64,000 nucleotides of DNA, taken from NCBI GenBank assembly GCA_910587535.1, contig CAJUKM010000001.1, positions 17,496 through 81,495 of the forward strand. The letters are read 5' to 3'. Of this stretch, positions 57,079-64,000 are shown piece by piece. Numbering within the stretch: the stretch's first letter is position 1; every line of letters begins with the position of its first letter. The notes beneath the pieces were generated by a model. The model did no database searches and had not been told where the DNA came from. It saw only the letters and a list, made by a program, of their open reading frames with translations. The stretch comes from an uncultured Bacilli bacterium. GTDB taxonomy: Bacteria; Bacillota_I; Bacilli_A; RF39; UBA660. The translations under genes and the position numbers were made by a program.

Positions 57079-57528
57079 TTAACGTCTGTTTTTTCTTTTA
57101 TAAATGATCGATTCTAATCTAGTTGCTCTCAACACTTGATTGTTGATAATCTTATTCGATGCGTGTACTTGCAATGTAAGATTATTGTGGAATCTTATGA
57201 TACTTTCGTCATCATATGGAGTATAGCTATCCAAATTGTTAAGCGATACCCATCCACAATCATTGAGACGTGGACTAGATGTCGGGAAAAATATCAAATT
57301 TTCCGAGTCTTCAATTAAAATTGGTGCTTTATGAGTTATTCCAATCAATTCCATCGTTCCTTTTTTTCGACCTTCGTATGAACTTCCGTAATATTCACAA
57401 TTTTCTGCAATTATTTTTCGAGCATTTTTTTCTACAACAAACGCATTTTCATTTTCATAAACTTTAGACCTTTTTTTATTTATAGGCATTATCGCTAAAG
57501 TTTTTGAACTAATCGTATAGTTTTCCAT
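57079..57528 (-). CDS. comK: ComK-family competence transcription factor-like protein
   Basis: CEYYGSSYEGRKKGTMELIGITHKAPILIEDSENLIFFPTSSPRLNDCGWVSLNNL aligns with B. subtilis ComK (CRFFGSSYAGRKAGTYEVTKISHKPPIMVDPSNQIFLFPTLSSTRPQCGWISHVHV). RBS is GGGAGGTG. Confidence 0.8.
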   Translation of the reverse strand: MENYTISSKTLAIMPINKKRSKVYENENAFVVEKNARKIIAENCEYYGSSYEGRKKGTMELIGITHKAPILIEDSENLIFFPTSSPRLNDCGWVSLNNLDSYTPYDDESIIRFHNNLTLQVHASNKIINNQVLRATRLESIIYKRKNRR

Positions 57529-57640
57529 CGTTTCACCTCCCTGCAGGTCCCCTTATACTATAAATCGCTGTCGATATTTGTCGAACTGTGTAAGAATTGC
57601 TAAAAAAATTAACTTTTTTGAAATATTTTGCGATTTAAAT

Positions 57641-57662
57641 AAAAAAAAACGGCATAACCGTC
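57641..57662 (-). terminator. weak intrinsic terminator after dnaN
   Basis: Minus-strand GACGGUUAUGCCGUU followed by U9. Confidence 0.4.
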
Positions 57663-57665
57663 ATT

Positions 57666-58784
57666 TTAATAAGTTTTAATAGGAAGGATAAGTTGTACTA
57701 AAGTTTCGTCTTTAGCAGATTTGATAACTATAGGTTTAATCTCACTGTTAAGTAAGACGACTAGTTCAGTATCGTCGATAGTTTTTAATGCATCCATCAT
57801 GTATTTAGCACTGAAAGATATTCCGACATCATTTCCCTCGTTTTTCTCGATTTCGATCGTCTCTTCTGTTCTACCAATTTCGGAAGCAAAAGAGGAGATC
57901 ACCAATCTATTGGTGTTGGTCTCCATTTTAACGATGTTCTTTTCTTTATTTTGAGTAAGGAGTGAAGCTCTATCGATAGCACTATAGAAATCGTTATAGT
58001 TAGTATTAAATATGATACTAAAATCATCGGGAATCAAATTATTCGTATTAGGGTAAGTACCACTTAACAGATTAGATTGAAGAGTAATATTTTTATATAT
58101 AAATAGAATCTTGTTGGAAAATATATGCATTTCCACAGGTTCGTCATCGTTTATGATTTTATCTAATTCACTTATATTGTTTCCTGGAATAGTGATGTTT
58201 ACTTCCTCTTTAATAAATTCTGACAGTTGGATAGTCTTTTTTGCTAGTCTATAAGAATCAGTTGCTGTTACTTCCATGATATTACCCTGCAATTTGAGAT
58301 TTATTCCCGTCAGAAGAGGTCTAGATTCTTGAGTACTTATAGCAAAGACTGTCTGTTTTATAATAGTTTTAAATAGATTTCCTTTAATAACGATAGGATC
58401 TTTCTGATATTCTAATTTTATCTGTGGATAATCTTCTACTTTTAAACAGTTCAAACTGAATTGACTCGTTTTAGCTTTGATCATCACCTTTAAACCGTCT
58501 ATCACTTCTATATCGATCGTATCGTCCGGTAACTTTCTTATTATTTCATTTATATATTTACTCTGAATTACGATACTTCCTTCTTCAGAGACACTTTTTA
58601 TCTTGTCTCTCTTTATATATGATTTTATCGTTAAATCTGTATCGCTCGCAGTTAAATATAATCCTTCAGAGTTCAATTCGAATTTGATACCGTTTAATAC
58701 AGGTATGACATTTTTAATAGATATGGCTTTTGTTACGTTGTTTAAGCTTTCTAGTAGTGTGCTTTTTTCAATAGTGAATTTCAT
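57666..58784 (-). CDS. dnaN: DNA polymerase III beta sliding clamp
   Basis: 372 aa of the DnaN family, downstream of dnaA. Confidence 0.95.
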   Translation of the reverse strand: MKFTIEKSTLLESLNNVTKAISIKNVIPVLNGIKFELNSEGLYLTASDTDLTIKSYIKRDKIKSVSEEGSIVIQSKYINEIIRKLPDDTIDIEVIDGLKVMIKAKTSQFSLNCLKVEDYPQIKLEYQKDPIVIKGNLFKTIIKQTVFAISTQESRPLLTGINLKLQGNIMEVTATDSYRLAKKTIQLSEFIKEEVNITIPGNNISELDKIINDDEPVEMHIFSNKILFIYKNITLQSNLLSGTYPNTNNLIPDDFSIIFNTNYNDFYSAIDRASLLTQNKEKNIVKMETNTNRLVISSFASEIGRTEETIEIEKNEGNDVGISFSAKYMMDALKTIDDTELVVLLNSEIKPIVIKSAKDETLVQLILPIKTY

Positions 58785-58829
58785 TTTTGTTTCCTTCTTT
58801 CTTATTTTATATTAGTTATTATTGTTATG

Positions 58830-58895
58830 TCCTGTGGATTCTGTGGAAAAGAGATATTTTTCTTTTAAAATATGGATTTCGAGGGTGTTGATAAG
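58830..58895. promoter_or_regulatory. DnaA-box cluster between dnaA and dnaN (oriC downstream half, incC-like)
   Basis: TGTGGATTC 58834-58842, TGTGGAAAA 58843-58851 and TGTTGATAA 58886-58894. These are reverse complements of TTATCCACA-type boxes. Confidence 0.7.
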
Positions 58896-58924
58896 CTGTT
58901 GAAAAGTGTAGTTGTTTCAACAAG

Positions 58925-60346
58925 TTAACCGATATTATTTTTAATCTCTTTAATTATGTCTTTTAATTGATTGTTATTTTTCAAATCTTCTTTTATTTTA
59001 TCACAGGCGTGAATGATTGTCGAATGATCGCGATTACCAAATTCTAATCCTATCTTAGGAAATGACTCGTCCGTATAAGTACGACAAAGATATATTGCCA
59101 CTTGTCTAGGATAGTTTATGTTTGCGGTACGTCGTTTACTTTTTAAATCTTCGACTGTTATTTTATAGTAGTCTGCGACCGCTTTTTGGATTTTTGCAAT
59201 ATTGCTATCCATGTAGACAGAATTTTTTAGATAATCTCTAAGAGCTTCGTTTGCGAATTCCAAATCGATTTTATGAGGTCCCATAATGGCAGCATAGGCG
59301 TATAGCCTCGTTATTGCTCCTTCGATGTGTCTCACGTCGTTTTCACTGTTACTCGCTATATATTCGATGACGTCGTCCATAACTAGTCCTGCAACCGCAT
59401 GTCCTGACATCTTGTTTTTAGCTATCCTTTTCTTCAATTCGATATCTGGAGGATAGATGTTTACGGTAAGTCCCCAACTAAATCTCGTTCTAAGTCGCTC
59501 TTCTAAAAGTTTTAAATCATCCGGACTGCGATCAGAACTTATTATTATCTGTTTGTTCATATCATAGAGACTGTTAAAAGTATGGAAAAATTCTTGCTGA
59601 GTTTTCTCCGCTTTTTCTAGAAATTGGATATCGTCTATCATCAAGACGTCTATGCCTCTATACTTTTCTTTAAATGCTTGAATGTAGGTTCCATCTTTGT
59701 TCATATTTATCGTCGTAAAGTCCGAAATGAACTTATCGCTAGTGACATATAAAACCTTTTTTGCACTGGTATTTTTTATATAATTTCCTATGGCGTGCAT
59801 CAAGTGTGTTTTACCTAAGCCACTTTTTCCATGTATGAAAAAAGGGTTATATAGTTTTCCCGGTTGTTCAGCAACTGACATCGCGGCAGTATGCGCTAGT
59901 CTATTAGAATCTCCGACAATAAAATTATCGAACGTATATTTTTCTATCAGATTGCTCTCTATAGGGTGTTGATAAGTAGTAGTGTTTTCAACAGGTATCG
60001 TTAAAGGATCAGAATTTTCATTCTGAAGAGGTGTAATTGTTCCTACTGGTTTTTCTTTGATCGTTGAAATTTCTTCTTCTAAAACGAATTCGATATTACA
60101 GTGTTTTCCCAAGATGGCTTCCATCAGTTCTTCAATCGTTTCTAAATATCTCTTTATTAATGCTTCCTTTATATAGAGAGAGCTAGTCACTATAGTTACA
60201 ATTTTTATCGATTTGTTATCCTCGACTGCATCGTCGATTTTATATATTTTACAGTATTTAAACCAGGAGTTTATTGAGACGGTAGAAATCCTATTTTTTA
60301 ATAATCCTATAAAATTTTGCCATATTAAATTATTTTCTTCGCTCAT
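58925..60346 (-). CDS. dnaA: chromosomal replication initiator DnaA
   Basis: Walker A (GKSGLGKTHL) and a C-terminal DnaA-box-binding HTH. Confidence 0.97.
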   Translation of the reverse strand: MSEENNLIWQNFIGLLKNRISTVSINSWFKYCKIYKIDDAVEDNKSIKIVTIVTSSLYIKEALIKRYLETIEELMEAILGKHCNIEFVLEEEISTIKEKPVGTITPLQNENSDPLTIPVENTTTYQHPIESNLIEKYTFDNFIVGDSNRLAHTAAMSVAEQPGKLYNPFFIHGKSGLGKTHLMHAIGNYIKNTSAKKVLYVTSDKFISDFTTINMNKDGTYIQAFKEKYRGIDVLMIDDIQFLEKAEKTQQEFFHTFNSLYDMNKQIIISSDRSPDDLKLLEERLRTRFSWGLTVNIYPPDIELKKRIAKNKMSGHAVAGLVMDDVIEYIASNSENDVRHIEGAITRLYAYAAIMGPHKIDLEFANEALRDYLKNSVYMDSNIAKIQKAVADYYKITVEDLKSKRRTANINYPRQVAIYLCRTYTDESFPKIGLEFGNRDHSTIIHACDKIKEDLKNNNQLKDIIKEIKNNIG

Positions 60347-60761
60347 AAACCATCACCCCGGTTTCTTGTTAATTTCATTTTAGCGTAAATCCAAAAAAAG
60401 ATAAAGATGTTTTTGAAAAAATAATTTATGAACATAGTTTATCTACATAAATTGTTGAAAAATGTCGAATTTAAAACCTTTATTTAAAACAAAAACTTCA
60501 TTTATCCACAGTTTCCACAATTTTGGGATATCGACAATGTAGATAAGTTATGCACATATTGTGGAAATAGTGTTGATAAGTGTGTGGAAAAAAATTATTC
60601 ATATTCTATTTGAAAAGATTTGAAATCATCATGCGACTAAAATAAACTTAGCCGTAGGTATTTAATTTGATTAATATATAAAAGAAAGGACTATTAAACT
60701 TGACTTTTTGGCGATCCCTATAATATAATACTCTTGAATTTTAGATTTGGAGGTGCAAACT
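60347..60761. other. oriC upstream region with multiple DnaA boxes and AT-rich unwinding region
   Basis: TTATCTACA 60439-60447. TTATCCACA 60502-60510, perfect. GTTTCCACA 60511-60519. TGTGGAAAT 60560-60568. TGTTGATAA 60571-60579. TGTGGAAAA 60583-60591. Confidence 0.8.
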
Positions 60762-60884
60762 ATGAAAAGAACTTATCAACCAAACAATCGTAAAAAGAGT
60801 AAAAAGCACGGTTTTTTTGCTAGAAAAGAAAGCAATATTTTAAAATCTAGAAGAAAAAAAGGTCGTAAAGTATTATGTAAGTAA
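60762..60884 (+). CDS. rpmH: 50S ribosomal protein L34
   Basis: [40 protein letters not shown] with RBS GGAGG. It is below the ORF-track size cutoff. Confidence 0.9.
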   Translation: MKRTYQPNNRKKSKKHGFFARKESNILKSRRKKGRKVLCK

Positions 60885-60922
60885 ACCACCAAGAGAGTGG
60901 TTTTTATTCTAGAAGGTGAAAT

Positions 60923-61252
60923 ATGAAGAGATGTGAAACGATCAAGGATAAAAAAAGATTTAATAGTATAATCAGATCTGGAACATTCTGTAAAAATAAA
61001 TATTATGTATTATATTATTCTGAGAGTCTCGATAAGAAATTTTCTAAATTTGGAGTAGCGATTAAAAAGAGTTACGGCAAAGCAGTTGAGAGAAACAAAA
61101 TCAAAAGGCAGACGAGGAATATAATCGATAAATATAAAAAAGAGTTCAAAAAAGGTAAGGATTATATTATAATGATAAGGAACGAATGCTTGAATGCCGA
61201 CTTTAAGAAATTAGATGAATCATTAGAGGCATTAGTGAAAGGAATAAAATAG
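60923..61252 (+). CDS. rnpA: ribonuclease P protein component
   Basis: 109 aa basic protein with RnpA motif KIKRQTRN, downstream of rpmH. Confidence 0.9.
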   Translation: MKRCETIKDKKRFNSIIRSGTFCKNKYYVLYYSESLDKKFSKFGVAIKKSYGKAVERNKIKRQTRNIIDKYKKEFKKGKDYIIMIRNECLNADFKKLDESLEALVKGIK

Positions 61253-62245
61253 ATGAAGAAAAACAAAAAGTTAGCAGTTTTGTTGTTAACCTTAATAGTT
61301 TTGAGTACAGGATGTACGAAATATTTATCCGATGGAGATAAGAAGAAGATAATAAATGAAGTCACTGGTCAATCGTTGACATCGAACATATTATGCTTAC
61401 CAGAAGATGAAGATCTTTTAAAGATTTATGAAGAAAACAAAGAGAACATGGATGTCGATTATGAAGGTTTAAATCCTTGTCCGGAATATAAACCGAGCGA
61501 TGTCAAATATAACAACCTTTGGGAAACGTTATTCGTTAAGCCTTTAGCATATATAATCATAAAGTTGGGAGTTTTCGTTAGCAATTATGGATTAGCAGTT
61601 ATCATATTAGGACTATTGATCAGATTGATATTATTTCCTTTTACTAAAAAGACGATGATGCAATCTGAAAACATGAAGAAAGCTCAACCCGAATTACAAG
61701 CTATTCAAAGAAAATATGGAAACGCTAAAGATCAAGCTACGGCGATGCAGATGAGTCAAGAATTGATGATGGTTTACAAAAAATATAACATCAGTCCTGC
61801 TAGTGGATGTTTGGTTCCACTCATCCAACTTCCTATATTGTTAGCATTTTTAGAAGCGATAAATAGAGTTCCTGCGATTTTCGAAGGTAATTTCTTAACC
61901 TTACAACTCGGAACTTCTCCTTTTGTAGGTATCAAAAATGGTAATTATCTCTATATTCTATTGATAATCTTGATAGTAGCTACTACATATTTTTCTTATA
62001 AAAATACTATGAATACTTCTACCGGTAATAAAGAACAAGATAAACAGATGGAGATGACTATGAAATTCATGATAGTGTTCATTTCAGTAGCATCTTTAAG
62101 TTTACCGACCGCTTTAGCTCTTTATTGGATAGTTTCTAACGGATTCATGATATTGCAGACGTTAATTTTAAAAAGAGATAAAGACGAGAATAAAAATAAG
62201 AATACCGGACGAGTAGTAGGCAATTCTAAAAAGAGAGGAAAATAG
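61253..62245 (+). CDS. yidC: membrane protein insertase YidC/SpoIIIJ (lipoprotein type)
   Basis: Lipobox (LSTGC) and the conserved YidC TM core. Confidence 0.92.
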   Translation: MKKNKKLAVLLLTLIVLSTGCTKYLSDGDKKKIINEVTGQSLTSNILCLPEDEDLLKIYEENKENMDVDYEGLNPCPEYKPSDVKYNNLWETLFVKPLAYIIIKLGVFVSNYGLAVIILGLLIRLILFPFTKKTMMQSENMKKAQPELQAIQRKYGNAKDQATAMQMSQELMMVYKKYNISPASGCLVPLIQLPILLAFLEAINRVPAIFEGNFLTLQLGTSPFVGIKNGNYLYILLIILIVATTYFSYKNTMNTSTGNKEQDKQMEMTMKFMIVFISVASLSLPTALALYWIVSNGFMILQTLILKRDKDENKNKNTGRVVGNSKKRGK

Positions 62246-62250
62246 TAGTC

Positions 62251-62862
62251 ATGGAAGTAAATAAGTTTTCTGGTAAAGATTATGATAGCGTTTTAGAGGA
62301 AGCTTTATCTAAGTTAAATTTAAAAGAAGAGGAAGTTATCATATCGAGCGAAGAAAAAAAAGGTGGTCTTTTTAAAGGAAAGTTAGTAGAACTTACTGTT
62401 ACACCTTTAACTGACGTTCTAGAATTTGTTAAAGAATATCTTAGTGAATTACTTATTAAGATGGGAATAGAGGTTTCTTTTGAGACAAAAATCAGAGATA
62501 ATCAACTACAGGTAAAGATGTATTCTAATGATAATCCACTGCTCATAGGTAGAGACGGCAAGAATCTGGCTGCTCTTCAAACTGTAATAAGAAATACAGT
62601 AAAAAACGAATTTGGAAAGTCACCTTATATTTCTCTAGATGTCGAAAATTATAAAGATAAGCAAGTTATGCATTTAGAAAAAACGGCGAAGAGAATTGCT
62701 AGAGAAGTTAGCGAGACAAAAATAGCAGTCGAACTCGACAATATGAACTCATATGAAAGATTGATCGTACACAATGCTGTTGCCAATTTTGAAGATATAT
62801 ATACGGAGAGCGTCGGAGAAGAGCCGAATCGTCACGTAATTATTAAACCTAAAGAAAAATAA
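62251..62862 (+). CDS. jag: Jag/KhpB (KH + R3H) RNA-binding protein
   Basis: Jag_N, KH and R3H regions (GRDGKNLAALQ...YERLIVHN). Confidence 0.88.
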   Translation: MEVNKFSGKDYDSVLEEALSKLNLKEEEVIISSEEKKGGLFKGKLVELTVTPLTDVLEFVKEYLSELLIKMGIEVSFETKIRDNQLQVKMYSNDNPLLIGRDGKNLAALQTVIRNTVKNEFGKSPYISLDVENYKDKQVMHLEKTAKRIAREVSETKIAVELDNMNSYERLIVHNAVANFEDIYTESVGEEPNRHVIIKPKEK

Positions 62863-62886
62863 GAATTTTAAAATAAACTTTTAGAT

Positions 62887-62930
62887 GATAAAGACAATAG
62901 GTTCTTCCTAGCTTTATCATTTTTTTTATT
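62887..62930 (+). terminator. intrinsic terminator after jag
   Basis: GATAAAG-(loop with TAGG/CCTA)-CTTTATC followed by ATTTTTTTTATTTT. Confidence 0.6.
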
Positions 62931-62981
62931 TTTAATAAATGTAACTAATAATCTGTGGTATACTGTTTTTAGGTGATAAAT

Positions 62982-64000
62982 GTGGTCGAAAAGCGTATTT
63001 TGGATTTTACCAAATTAAATGAATGCTTAGATAAACTTGAGACAGTTCATGAAGAGAAACCTTTAGGTAAAACAAGTTTTGGATATCCGATAAGATATTT
63101 TACCTATGGAACAGGTGAACATCATGTAATAATAACAGCTGGCACTCATGCTGTCGAACTTATAAGCAATCATTACGTTATCCATTTTATGGAGTTTATT
63201 GATAAGTCTGGTCTAATAGATAAGGAAAAGTATACTTTACATTTTATTCCTATTTTAAATCCAGAAGGAACGATAGTAGTGACTTCCGCTATTCGCAGTA
63301 AATTAAAAAGTACTTGGACATATGAAGAAGAACAAGATTTTTGTAAAGATTGGTACACCAGATGTAAATATGATGATGAAAATGTCGGAGAAGTGAACAA
63401 AAAACATGAATTATTTAGAGGAATAGGTGTCGATTGTATAGATGATCGTCATAGGGACTTGAAAGAAAATATATCTGACATTTTGAAGGCATTCAATGAT
63501 GGAAGTATAATTCAATGGTCAGCAAATGGCAATGGCGTGAATTTGAACGACAATTCTCCTTTTAATGAATATATAAAAATGAAAGAAAATGGTATTCCTA
63601 GGTACTTGCGAGGCATACCTGATGGTCTAAATATGTCAATACCAAACCCTTTAGGTACAATCTATTCTGGGGAAAGTTTTACTTACGAAAAGGAAAATGA
63701 ATGTTTGCTAGAGTTATATAATCGAATCGGTACAGATGCAAAGTTAATAGGATCTTTAATCTTTCATTCATGTGGTGGTTTAGTACGTTATTTAAAAGGA
63801 ATAGAAGGCAAGCCCAATCCTTGGAAAGGCAATATTCCGAATCAAGAAATTCAATATAACGAGGCAGTAGCGACAGCTTATGCTGAAAAGACCGGATACC
63901 GATTGATAGAAACAAAAGCTTATAATACGATCAGTAGTATGCTCGAATCTATCTATCCTGGTACTCTATTGATAGAACTTGGTCAAATTCGCGGAAACCC
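62982..64000 (+). CDS. M14 family zinc carboxypeptidase (gamma-D-glutamyl-diamino-acid peptidase-like), 5' part; continues past window end
   Basis: No stop before 64000. Zinc motif HxxE (GTHAVELISNH). GTG start at 62982 with AGGTGA 5 nt upstream, preceded by TGgTATACT at 62956-62964. Confidence 0.65.
   Translation, partial: MVEKRILDFTKLNECLDKLETVHEEKPLGKTSFGYPIRYFTYGTGEHHVIITAGTHAVELISNHYVIHFMEFIDKSGLIDKEKYTLHFIPILNPEGTIVVTSAIRSKLKSTWTYEEEQDFCKDWYTRCKYDDENVGEVNKKHELFRGIGVDCIDDRHRDLKENISDILKAFNDGSIIQWSANGNGVNLNDNSPFNEYIKMKENGIPRYLRGIPDGLNMSIPNPLGTIYSGESFTYEKENECLLELYNRIGTDAKLIGSLIFHSCGGLVRYLKGIEGKPNPWKGNIPNQEIQYNEAVATAYAEKTGYRLIETKAYNTISSMLESIYPGTLLIELGQIRGN

Noticed and set aside
1-64000. 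Mollicutes-type genetic code (TGA read as Trp), given the very low GC and reduced gene order.
   Set aside because: Long essential ORFs (ftsH, mfd, gyrA, gyrB, dnaA, metG) are intact under the standard code with TGA as stop. No in-frame TGA interruptions are needed.

Overview
This is an AT-rich (about 30% GC) Firmicute chromosome segment spanning the replication origin. Long housekeeping ORFs are intact in the standard code, so TGA is a stop. Nearly all genes lie on the minus strand up to dnaA; after oriC the rpmH-rnpA-yidC-jag genes run on the plus strand. The content is mostly core. It includes rplL' -rplJ-rplA-rplK, nusG-secE, ung, rlmH, yycJ, an M23/LysM peptidase, dnaB, rplI, rpsR-ssb-rpsF, parB-parA, ftsH-tilS, rpsI-rplM, truA, metG with a T-box, spoVT-mfd-pth, holB, recR-ybaB-dnaX, tadA, gyrA-gyrB-recF-dnaN-dnaA, a bipartite oriC, rpmH-rnpA-yidC-jag, and sporulation-lineage markers yabG, veg, spoVG, yabP, yabQ, divIC, spoVT, bofA and ricT. 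The accessory or unusual parts, in order of interest, are as follows. (1) A 720-bp noncoding block between gyrA and a relocated SRP-RNA/tadA carries five tandem parS (ParB) sites bracketed by inverted TTTCCCGGGAAA palindromes. (2) An operon holds two mutually degenerate EcfA-like ABC ATPases, truA and two tandem paralogous ~530-aa lipoproteins, with EcfT missing. (3) An island upstream of tilS holds a cytoplasmic 877-aa LRR protein and an Abi/DGQHR-like protein, followed by a 730-bp noncoding stretch with a small ORF that has a strong RBS. (4) A ComK-family gene sits between dnaN and recF. (5) An opposite-strand orphan gene sits inside the secE-nusG/rplKAJL cluster. (6) Two coiled-coil membrane proteins are inserted between ksgA and yabG. 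(7) An MBOAT/SGNH/lipoprotein cell-envelope acylation module is present. No transposase, integrase, CRISPR array, rRNA or tRNA was seen.
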